A program made the translations under genes and the position numbers. Shown here piece by piece: positions 1-10,515 of a DNA stretch of 64,000 nucleotides. Source of the stretch: an uncultured candidatus Brocadiaceae bacterium. Its GTDB lineage: Bacteria; Planctomycetota; UBA1135; UBA2386. Every line of letters begins with the position of its first letter. Positions within the stretch are counted from its first letter, which is position 1. The stretch is from NCBI GenBank assembly GCA_964543795.1, contig CAZIZN010000004.1, positions 189,176 through 253,175 on the forward strand, read 5' to 3'. The notes below the pieces were generated by a model. That model made no database searches. It saw only the letters and a program-made list of their open reading frames with translations, and was not told the DNA's origin.

Positions 1-507
1 GTGGCGCGCCCGGTCGCGGTGAAACTGTCGCCCTTCTACACGTCGTTGCCGAACCTCGCACTGCGGCTGCAGACCGCCGGTGCTGCGGGTCTCGTGCTGT
101 TCAACCGCTTCTTCGAGCCGGACGTCGACCCCGAAGCACTCGAGGTGCGGCCGCACATGGAGCTCTCGACGTCCCACGAACTGCTGCTCCGGCTGCGCTG
201 GCTGGCGATCCTCTCGGGTCACCTCCGCTGCAGCCTCGCGGTCTCGGGCGGCGTACACCGGCCGCTCGACGCGGTGAAGGCGGTCATGTGCGGAGCCCAC
301 GCGGTGCAACTCGTCGCCGCACTGATCCGGGGCGGGCCCGACGCGCTCGCCGACCTGCGAGCGGGCACGGCGCAATGGCTCGAAGGGCACGGCTACGACT
401 CGCTGGCGCAGATGCGCGGCAGCATGGACGTGAGCCGCACGCCCGATCCGAGCGCGTTCGAGCGCAGCAACTACATGCGCATCCTGCGCACCTACCGGCT
501 CGACTGA
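1..507 (+). CDS. Dihydroorotate dehydrogenase-like flavoprotein, 5'-truncated by window edge
   Basis: VAVKLSPFY, GLVLFNRF, SGGVH and GAHAVQL motifs of the DHOD-like TIM-barrel family; typical FERxNYM C-terminus. Confidence 0.8.
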   Translation: MARPVAVKLSPFYTSLPNLALRLQTAGAAGLVLFNRFFEPDVDPEALEVRPHMELSTSHELLLRLRWLAILSGHLRCSLAVSGGVHRPLDAVKAVMCGAHAVQLVAALIRGGPDALADLRAGTAQWLEGHGYDSLAQMRGSMDVSRTPDPSAFERSNYMRILRTYRLD

Positions 508-532
508 GGTCGCGCGGAGCGGGGCCTGCCGA

Positions 533-718
533 CTAGTCGCGTCCCGGCAGATCGCGCAGGATCGCGCGTTTCGTCTCGTCGTCCATCGTCCACCACTGCG
601 CGATCTCGGCCAGCGTGCGCCGGCAGCCCTCACAGCGGTCGGACGCGGGGTCGATCCGGCAGATGCGCACGCACGGCGACACCGGCGGCGGTTGCGATGC
701 ACGGGCGGGCTCGCTCAT
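533..718 (-). CDS. DUF1289 family small protein (61 aa)
   Basis: SPCVRICRID...CEGCRRTLAEIAQW Cys pattern; ATG at 718 overlaps the stop of the upstream gene. Confidence 0.85.
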   Translation of the reverse strand: MSEPARASQPPPVSPCVRICRIDPASDRCEGCRRTLAEIAQWWTMDDETKRAILRDLPGRD

Positions 719-1395
719 CGCAGGCTCGCCCGCGCCGCGTCCGTGCGCGGATGCACGCCTTCCTTCTGCAGCAAGGCGACGAGCATCTCCTGGCTCGTCT
801 GCCGCGCGAACTCGACTTCGGCGTCGGTCGCGCCGACGAGGTGGAAGAAGTCGACGCGGCCCGCCGGCAGATCGAAGGCCGAGGGATAGTGCTTGGGTTG
901 CTCGACGAGCAGCCAGCGGATCGCGCTGTCGAAGGCGGGCGTGATCGAAGCCTGCAGCGGGATGCGGTTGCCGTACTCGAAGAGCTCGGCGCCGGGATAG
1001 GTGCCGACCGCGACGAGCAGTTCGTAGGCCATCAGGTTGTGCAGCAACGGCACCGCCCAGTCGGCCTGCGCACCGGCTTCGACGACGAGTTCGAACCCGA
1101 GCCCCGAGAACCCGGTCGGATCCTTGCCCGGCCGCTCGAGATTCCACGGGTTGCTGAGGCCCGAGGTGACGTAGAGCCAGCTGTCGCGCTCGGGATTGGG
1201 CGGGCAGACGAACACGCCGTGGTTGCGCCAGCCCGGGTGCGCCTGCTTGCCGAAGCGCCGGTAGGGTTCGTCGCCGGCGAGGTGCACACCGCCGCCCAGG
1301 TCGCCGAAGATCGCGCGGTAGACGCGTTCCTCTCGCTCGGTCCAGAGCTGCTCGAACCATTCGGCGAAGGCGGGGCGCGGCGCGTCGTCGGTCAT
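715..1395 (-). CDS. Suppressor-of-fused (SuFu) domain protein
   Basis: WLYVTSGLSN, GFELV, WAVPLLHNL and VDFFHLVGATDAE motifs; start chosen at ATG 1395. Confidence 0.8.
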   Translation of the reverse strand: MTDDAPRPAFAEWFEQLWTEREERVYRAIFGDLGGGVHLAGDEPYRRFGKQAHPGWRNHGVFVCPPNPERDSWLYVTSGLSNPWNLERPGKDPTGFSGLGFELVVEAGAQADWAVPLLHNLMAYELLVAVGTYPGAELFEYGNRIPLQASITPAFDSAIRWLLVEQPKHYPSAFDLPAGRVDFFHLVGATDAEVEFARQTSQEMLVALLQKEGVHPRTDAARASLR

Positions 1396-1576
1396 CGGGG
1401 CGGAGCAGGGTAGCGCCGGACCTCGGCGGCTGACAACCGCCGGCAGGAATGCGGCGTGCGGGAGCGCGGGAGTTCGGCATTGCGGGGCGCCGGCGCCACC
1501 CCGCGCCGCCGCGCCCACCGCCGGGAGCACGACGGATTCCTGTCACCACCGGCGCGGCCGCGACGCCTGTGCCCAC

Positions 1577-3850
1577 ATGCTCCGCATCGCTTTCGTCGTG
1601 GTCGCTTCGTGCGTCGCCATCCTGCCGGCCCAAGAGCCGCGCGCGCTCGCCCTGCCGGACCTCGTGCCGATCCACACCGCACCGACGGACCCCGACGGCG
1701 GTCCGTACGGCATCTGGGCCGCCGGCCGAGCCTTCAAGGCCTCGTTCCACGACGGCTTCGTGTTCCACGCGCTGGTCGGCGCGCCCGGCGACGAGCCGGC
1801 GCGCGTCGCCTTCCGCCTGCTCGGCACTAGCCGCGGCGAACAGCCGCTCTCGCCCGCGGCCCAGCGGCCCGCGCCGCGTTGGACGGCGACGCGCTGTCAG
1901 TACGACCACGGCACCGTCGTGGAGGCCTACGACGTGCGCGCCGAGGGGATCGAACAGACGTTCGTGTTCCGCGAGCCGCCCAGCGGCAGCGGCGACCTGC
2001 GCATCGTCGGCGAATTCGACTGCGGCGACCTCTCCATCCGCCGCACCGCGGCGGCCGCGGACGGCCGCGCCGGGCTGCAGTTCGCCGACGCCAGCGGCGC
2101 CGTGCGGCTCGACTACGGCGCGGCGATCGCCTTCGACGCCACGGGGGACAGTTGTCCCGTGCGCACGGAGGTCGACGGCCGGCGCGTCGTGCTCACGGTG
2201 GATGCCGGCTGGCTGGCGAACGCCCGCTGGCCGGTACTCGTCGACCCGCTGCTGCGGCCGAACACCGCGCTGGGCGTGACGCAGCGCGTGGTCGGGGTCG
2301 ACGTGTTCCGCGACGACGAGGAGGAGGCGGACAACCTCTGGGTCGCCATGCGCATCGAGAACGGCGGCGACACCGACCTGCTGCTGCGCCGGCTCGACGA
2401 CACGTTCGCCGGCGGCCCGCAGGTGTTCGCCGACATCACGACGTCGTGGAAGATCGACGGCGCGCGGCTCGCCGGCATCGGCGGCGTGAGCAAGGTCGTG
2501 ACCTTCTTCACGCGCGACTTCGGCAGCTCTCGCGGCGCGCGCTGGCACCTGCACGGCAAGGCCGACGCGGCGCTGCGTACGAACGTCGGATCCGTGCCGA
2601 GGCCCTCAGGGACCCACGACTGGCAGGTGGACGTCGGTGGTTCGCGCGCCTTCGTGATCGGCAGGCGCGCGCTGCTGGTCTGGCAGCGCGACACCGCTCC
2701 GACCTTCGCGGACACGTCGTCCTCCCGCGTGCATGGCGCCCTGCTCGACGCCTCGCTCGGCACCGACGGAACGCTGGGCAGCGCCTTCCGACTCGACGCC
2801 CGCGACACGCTGGATCAGGAGGATCCGAGCGTCAACGCCGAGGCTGAGGGCGGGGCGGCCTTCTCGTGGGTCGTGGCCTGGCGCGGCCGCGACACGGCCA
2901 ATCCGTTCCGGCCGTTCCGCGTCGCGGCGCGGCGCGTCGACAACACGAGCCTCGTCGGCAATCGCTACGACGCGCCGCTCGGCCTGATCGTCGAGAGCCA
3001 GGGCGCGCCGCAGATCGCCGGCAGCGGCGGTCGCTACCTGCTCGCCTACGGCACCAACCCGCGCACCCAGGGCTTCGGCGAACTGCTCGCGGTGCGCCTG
3101 GACTGGCCGCACGGCGCGGCGGACGCCGTGCAGCGCGGCAACGCGATCTCGCTCGAGGCGGGGTTCACGGTCGACGCGCAGATCGACGGTGTCGCCTTCG
3201 ACACGACCACGCGCTCGCACTGGGCCGTGGTGCGACGCGACGTGCAGCAGAACACGCTGCGGGTGACGCGCACCGGCAGCAGCGGCCGCGTCGTCGAACA
3301 CCAGTTCGTCGCGCTGTCGCCGGGCTTCGACGTCACCTCGAGCGCGGTGGCGTTCGACGACGACGCCCAGCGGTTCCCGATCGCCGCAGGGCTGTCGCAT
3401 CCGACCGCCAGCCAGGCCGGCCAGGTCCTGTTCGACGCGCTCGTGCACGATGCGCTGCAGCAGCCGACGGAGTACGGCACGGGCTGCACGAGCGGCCGCG
3501 TGCGCTGGCTGGGCTCGCAGTTCGTCGGCGACGAGTTCCCCGTGCTCGACGTCGTCGGGGCCGCGCCGGCCCGGCTGTCGATGTTCGCGCTGGCGCTCCT
3601 GCCCGCCGCGACCTCGTTGCAGCCGTTCGGCATGCCCGGCTGCACGCTGCTCGTCGACGCGACCGGCGCGGCGAGTCTCGGCGTGGTCACCGGCTTCACC
3701 GACGCCGGTGGGCGTCTGGCGCTGCCGATGCCGCTGCCGGAGCACCTGCCGCCGTTGGTCCTGCACGCGCAGGCGTTCCAGTTCGATCCCGCCGCCAACG
3801 CCGCCGGCATAGTCGCGACGCGCGCGCTGGCGATCGCCGTCGGCCGGTGA
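1577..3850 (+). CDS. Large secreted protein (757 aa), paralog of 48893-51202, with shared Cys-containing C-terminal domain
   Basis: Signal peptide MLRIAFVVVASCVAILPAQ; N-domain YDHGTVVEAYDV...GIEQTF...WPVLVDP; C-terminus YGTGC...GMPGC...LHAQ. Confidence 0.8.
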   Translation: MLRIAFVVVASCVAILPAQEPRALALPDLVPIHTAPTDPDGGPYGIWAAGRAFKASFHDGFVFHALVGAPGDEPARVAFRLLGTSRGEQPLSPAAQRPAPRWTATRCQYDHGTVVEAYDVRAEGIEQTFVFREPPSGSGDLRIVGEFDCGDLSIRRTAAAADGRAGLQFADASGAVRLDYGAAIAFDATGDSCPVRTEVDGRRVVLTVDAGWLANARWPVLVDPLLRPNTALGVTQRVVGVDVFRDDEEEADNLWVAMRIENGGDTDLLLRRLDDTFAGGPQVFADITTSWKIDGARLAGIGGVSKVVTFFTRDFGSSRGARWHLHGKADAALRTNVGSVPRPSGTHDWQVDVGGSRAFVIGRRALLVWQRDTAPTFADTSSSRVHGALLDASLGTDGTLGSAFRLDARDTLDQEDPSVNAEAEGGAAFSWVVAWRGRDTANPFRPFRVAARRVDNTSLVGNRYDAPLGLIVESQGAPQIAGSGGRYLLAYGTNPRTQGFGELLAVRLDWPHGAADAVQRGNAISLEAGFTVDAQIDGVAFDTTTRSHWAVVRRDVQQNTLRVTRTGSSGRVVEHQFVALSPGFDVTSSAVAFDDDAQRFPIAAGLSHPTASQAGQVLFDALVHDALQQPTEYGTGCTSGRVRWLGSQFVGDEFPVLDVVGAAPARLSMFALALLPAATSLQPFGMPGCTLLVDATGAASLGVVTGFTDAGGRLALPMPLPEHLPPLVLHAQAFQFDPAANAAGIVATRALAIAVGR

Positions 3851-3852
3851 CA

Positions 3853-3907
3853 CGCGGGGCGAACCCCCGGCGCCCGCATGGGTGCAGGCGCGGGGCGAAC
3901 CCCCTAC
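3853..3907 (-). repeat. REP-like element: two copies of CGCGGGGCGAACCCCC; minus strand begins GTAG
   Basis: 16-bp direct repeat at 3853-3868 and 3889-3904, each a GGGG-CGAA-CCCC hairpin, flanking an imperfect palindrome; intergenic. Confidence 0.6.
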
Positions 3908-3919
3908 GCTGCCGCACCG

Positions 3920-4585
3920 ATGAAGCGGCAGGACAAGGCCGAACGCATCGCCGAGGTGCTCGATGCGCACTTCCCGGCGCCACCGATTCCGCTCTCGCAC
4001 GACGATCCGTTCACGCTGCTCGTCGCAGTGCTGCTGTCGGCGCAGTGCACCGACGCGCGCGTCAATCGGGTCACGCCGACCCTGTTCGCGCGGGCCCGCA
4101 CGCCCGCCGCCATGGCCGCGCTGTCGGTGCCCACGATCCGGGCGCTGATCCGTCCGTGCGGGCTGTCGCCGCAGAAGGCCAACGCGATCGCCGGGCTGTC
4201 GCGGATCCTGATCGACGAACACGGCGGCGAGGTGCCGCGGGACCTCGCGGCGCTCGAGCGGCTGCCGGGCGTGGGTCACAAGACGGCGAGCGTCGTGTTG
4301 GCGCAGGCCTTCGGCGAGCCGGCGTTCCCGGTCGACACCCACATCCACCGCCTCGCGTGGCGCTGGGGCCTGAGTGCCGGCACGACCGTCGAGCGCACCG
4401 AACGGGACCTCGTGCGCACCTTCCCGCGCGAGCGGTGGAACAAGCTGCACCTGCAGTTCATCCACTTCGGTCGCGCCTTCTGCCCGGCGATCGGCCACAC
4501 GCCCGCGGCGTGTCCGATCTGCAGCTGGGCGATGAGCAAGGCGCGCATCGACGCGGAACGGCGGCGGCGGGCGCGCCGCCGTTAG
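3920..4585 (+). CDS. nth: Endonuclease III
   Basis: LLSAQCTD, HhH motif LPGVGHKTA, VDTHIHR, C-terminal Cys cluster (FCPAIGH...CPIC). Confidence 0.95.
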   Translation: MKRQDKAERIAEVLDAHFPAPPIPLSHDDPFTLLVAVLLSAQCTDARVNRVTPTLFARARTPAAMAALSVPTIRALIRPCGLSPQKANAIAGLSRILIDEHGGEVPRDLAALERLPGVGHKTASVVLAQAFGEPAFPVDTHIHRLAWRWGLSAGTTVERTERDLVRTFPRERWNKLHLQFIHFGRAFCPAIGHTPAACPICSWAMSKARIDAERRRRARRR

Positions 4586-4604
4586 GACGCGTGCGCCGCC
4601 GGGC

Positions 4605-6068
4605 TCACCGGCCGGCCGCGTCGGCCTTGGCGAGCGGCGACTCGCCGTTCGCCCACTGCCGCCATTCGGCTTCGACGTCGGCCGCGCTGCGGCCCAGTTC
4701 GCGCACGAACACGGCGTCGACGTCCTCGGGCAGGCGGTTCGTCGCGTTGTCGAGCGCCGTGAACAGCCGCTGCCAGCGGTCCGGGTGGCGCGCGACGAGC
4801 CACAGCACGAACGACCACGCCTTGACCCGCACGTTCTCGCGGTAGCTCGAGAGGCGTTCGCGCGGCACCTGCACGAGCGGCCAGTCCTGGCCGGCGCGGA
4901 TCTCGGCGCGCAAGCGATCGCTCCAGGCCTGCCGGTCGCGCGCGAGTGCGGCGCCGCGGCCGGCGCTGGTCTTGGGCTCGGCGCCGAACCACGTGTGCGT
5001 CGTGCCGACGAGCAGCGAGGTCATCGCGTGCACGAGGCCCTGCCCCAGCCCTTCGTTGTGCGCCGTCGCGAAGCCCCACATCGCCACGTGCGCGATCAGC
5101 CGGTCGGCGTCGAGCGGCTCGGGGCCGAGCATCAGCTGCGCGGTGCCCGTGCTCGAACGGAACCGGAACGACACGCCGCCCGGCGCTGCGGTGAGCTTCT
5201 CGCGCTCGAGCACTTCGGGATTGGCGGCGAAGAACGCCTGCCACTCGGCCTCGCTGCGTACGAGCACGAGCCAGTTGACGGGCCGCGCGCCGACCCGCGC
5301 CAGGCGTCGCTCGGGACCACCGGGCAGCAGGAACTCGAGCAGATCCTGCGCGCGACTCGCCCACGACGCCGCGTCGGCGGCGACCTGCACGCTCGCCGAG
5401 GTGGTCCACACCTTCCACCCGCGGGCCTTGGCACCGACGACCGCCCAGCCCGCCCGGCGCAGTTCCTCGGGCACCTCGTCGGGCTGCAGCGCGACCGCTC
5501 CGCAATCGAGCGCGACGAGTTCCTTCGCCTTGGCTTCGATCGCGGCGCGGCGGCGCAGGAACGCGATCTCGTCGGCCGTGCCGTGGAAGCCCGCGAAGCT
5601 CTCGTGGCCGAGCGCTCCGTGCGCGACGGCGTCGGCCGGATCGAAGGAGAGGCAACGTTCGAAGTGGTGCGCGGCGCGCGCCGGCTCGTCCGCCGCCGCG
5701 AACGCCTGCGCCAGGTCGCGATGTCCGGTCGCCAGCTTCGTCGCGACGATGGCCCAGGCCTGTTCGACCGTGCGCCGCTGCGCGGCGTTCGCCTGGTCGC
5801 GCGGCGCCTCTCGCTGCGCATCGACGGCGCTGCGCGCGGCGCGGTGCTGGGGGTCGTACCAGGTCAGCACGAGCTGTTGCGCGGCCAGCGCCCGCGACGG
5901 CATCTTCTGGCTCTCGGCGGTGCGGGCGAACGCCAGCAGGCTCTTCGCGGCGGCCGCGTGCAGCGCCGCCTCGCGCGCGGCGAGGTCCGTCGGCGCCTGG
6001 GCCGTGGCACGGACACCGGCACCGGCCAGGGCGACGACGAGGCACGCAGGAAGATGGAGAGGCCGCAT
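4605..6068 (-). CDS. Secreted hypothetical protein, paralog of the N-terminal two-thirds of 27132-29399
   Basis: Signal peptide; colinear similarity to 27132 (LLAFARTA/LNAFAKKA, YDP, KAWSF, EW..W); start is 6068 or 6077. Confidence 0.75.
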   Translation of the reverse strand: MRPLHLPACLVVALAGAGVRATAQAPTDLAAREAALHAAAAKSLLAFARTAESQKMPSRALAAQQLVLTWYDPQHRAARSAVDAQREAPRDQANAAQRRTVEQAWAIVATKLATGHRDLAQAFAAADEPARAAHHFERCLSFDPADAVAHGALGHESFAGFHGTADEIAFLRRRAAIEAKAKELVALDCGAVALQPDEVPEELRRAGWAVVGAKARGWKVWTTSASVQVAADAASWASRAQDLLEFLLPGGPERRLARVGARPVNWLVLVRSEAEWQAFFAANPEVLEREKLTAAPGGVSFRFRSSTGTAQLMLGPEPLDADRLIAHVAMWGFATAHNEGLGQGLVHAMTSLLVGTTHTWFGAEPKTSAGRGAALARDRQAWSDRLRAEIRAGQDWPLVQVPRERLSSYRENVRVKAWSFVLWLVARHPDRWQRLFTALDNATNRLPEDVDAVFVRELGRSAADVEAEWRQWANGESPLAKADAAGR

Positions 6069-6149
6069 TGCCCGCACAGGGTAGCGAACCGGTGGGGCCG
6101 CGGGGAACGGCGGGAAATCGCGGTGGAACGAACCTGGTTCGGTACGCAG

Positions 6150-8615
<2,466 letters not shown>

Positions 8616-8663
8616 GGCCCGGTTGTAGGGTCCGCACGGGGCGAACGAAAGCCGCACATGGGC

Positions 8664-10118
8664 TCATGCCCAGTGGCGCGCGCGCGGCACCGCGCGACCC
8701 CAACGCAGCCGCAGCTCGGCCACCGCCGCGGCCATGGTCCGCGGCGAGTAGCCGGTCGCCTCGCCCGGCAGCGCCGGCAGGTCGGCGAGGCTGCAGGCGC
8801 CTGCCCCGAGCATCGCCATGCGGAAGGCGCCGAACGCCGTCGCCTCGAGCAGCGCCGGTCGCACCACGGGCGCGCCGAGCAACGCCGCCTGCAGTTCGAG
8901 CAGGAGACCGTTGGCGGCGGCGCCGCCGTCCACGTGCAGCGGCGCTGTGGGACCGCGCTCGCCTCGCATCGCCGTGAGCACGTCGTCGACCTGCAGCGCC
9001 ATCGCCTCGATCGCCGCGCGCACCAGGTGCGCCGCCGATGTGCCGCGCGTCAGCCCGACGATGAGCCCGCGTGCGGTCGGGTCCCAATGCGGCGTGCCGA
9101 GACCGGCGAAGGCGGGCACGAACACGATCCCGCCGCTGTCCGGCACCGAGCGCGCCACGGCCTCGGCGGAGCGCGCGTCGGCCAGGACGCCGAGCTGATC
9201 GCGCAGCCACTGGATCGCCGCCCCGCAGACCATCACGCTGCCTTCGAGCGCGTAGGTCGTGGTCGCACCGATGCGCCAGCCGACCGTCGCGAGCACGCCC
9301 TCGGGCGGAGCCGGCACGACCGTGCCGTGGTTGCGCAGCACGAACGCGCCGGTGCCGTAGGTGCACTTCTGTTCGCCGGGCAGCAGGCAGCCGTGGCCGA
9401 ACAGCGCCGACTGCTGGTCGCCGAGCACGGCGCGGATCGGCCAGCCGCGCGCCGCGATGGCGCCGAAGTCGCCGGCCGACGGCCGGATCTCGGGCAGGCA
9501 GGCGCGCGGCACCCCGAACAGCGCGCAGAGGTCGTCGCTCCAGTCGCCGGCCTCGAGATCGAACAGACACGTGCGCGAGGCGTTGCTCGGCTCGGTGGCG
9601 AACACGGCTCCGCCGGTGAGCCGGTGCACGAGCCAGCTGTCCACCGTGCCGGCGAGGAGTTCGCCGCGCTCGGCGGCCGCGCGCGCGCCGGGCACCGCGT
9701 CGAGGATCCACGCGATCTTCGCGGCGCTGAAGTAGGGATCGAGCGACAGCCCGGTGCGCTGCCGCACGAGCCGTTCGCCGCCGCGCTCCCGCAACGCCGC
9801 GAGGACGTCTGCGGTGCGGCGGTCCTGCCAGACCAGGGCGCGGTGCACGGGCCGCCCGCTGCGGCGCTCCCACACGACGACCGTCTCGCGCTGGTTGGTG
9901 ATGCCGACGGCGGCGATCGCAGGCTCGCCCGCGGCGCGCCAGGCCGTGTCGACCGCGCGCAGTTGCGCGGCGAGGATCTCCTCGGCGTCGTGCTCGACGC
10001 AGCCGGGGGCGGGGAAGTGCTGCCCGAACTCGTACTGACCCGCGCCGCGGACGCTGCCGTCCGCGGCGAAGACGAGGGCACGACTGCTCGTCGTGCCCTG
10101 ATCGAGGGCGAGGAACAT
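8664..10118 (-). CDS. glpK: Glycerol kinase
   Basis: ALDQGTTSSR, GITNQRET, WQDRRT, PYFSA, GDQQSALFG, KCTYGTG, VDGGAAAN motifs. Confidence 0.95.
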   Translation of the reverse strand: MFLALDQGTTSSRALVFAADGSVRGAGQYEFGQHFPAPGCVEHDAEEILAAQLRAVDTAWRAAGEPAIAAVGITNQRETVVVWERRSGRPVHRALVWQDRRTADVLAALRERGGERLVRQRTGLSLDPYFSAAKIAWILDAVPGARAAAERGELLAGTVDSWLVHRLTGGAVFATEPSNASRTCLFDLEAGDWSDDLCALFGVPRACLPEIRPSAGDFGAIAARGWPIRAVLGDQQSALFGHGCLLPGEQKCTYGTGAFVLRNHGTVVPAPPEGVLATVGWRIGATTTYALEGSVMVCGAAIQWLRDQLGVLADARSAEAVARSVPDSGGIVFVPAFAGLGTPHWDPTARGLIVGLTRGTSAAHLVRAAIEAMALQVDDVLTAMRGERGPTAPLHVDGGAAANGLLLELQAALLGAPVVRPALLEATAFGAFRMAMLGAGACSLADLPALPGEATGYSPRTMAAAVAELRLRWGRAVPRARHWA

Positions 10119-10167
10119 GCACCGATTCTCGCGCCGCGCGCCGCGGCGGAGAACAGCGGACGGGTCC

Positions 10168-10421
10168 CCGGAAGAAGAACAGGGCGCATGGCCCCCACGC
10201 GACTCCGCGTGGAACCGAATCCGGCGTTCCTTTGCCTGCCCCAAGTTGGAGGAACGTCGGCGCGGTCCTGTAGGCCATGCGCCCGGAAGAAGGGTCGAGT
10301 GCACGGGCCGCGCAACACACGCGGCAACCGCTTCGGCGTCTCCCTTGCCTGCCCCAAGTACGGGAGGCGCCGCAGCGACCATTTCCGTGCACTCGTCGCG
10401 ACGCCGTGGCTCTCGCCACGG
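10168..10421. ncRNA. Candidate novel tandem structured RNA (two ~114-nt multi-stem units); strand unresolved, minus slightly favoured
   Basis: Perfect outer stems 10182-10193/10273-10284 and 10296-10306/10385-10395; identical TTGCCTGCCCCAAGT at 10232-10246 and 10345-10359; CCGGAAGAAG at 10168 and 10283. Confidence 0.65.
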
Positions 10422-10515
10422 TGACGCGGGATGCGATCACCGACGCGCAGCGCGCGCGCCGGACGGGAACGAGTTGTGCAAAGAACGACGAACGGGGACG
10501 CGAAGACGGAAACGT

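Noticed and set aside
6100-6149. CGAACC-A-GGTTCG palindrome downstream of lon
   Set aside because: Only a 6-bp arm, no second copy and no regulator context; it cannot be distinguished from chance.
10464-10480. GG-N10-GC (CGGGAACGAGTTGTGCA) as a sigma54 promoter
   Set aside because: Both boxes deviate from consensus, and it points antisense into the 548-aa gene and away from the tandem RNA.
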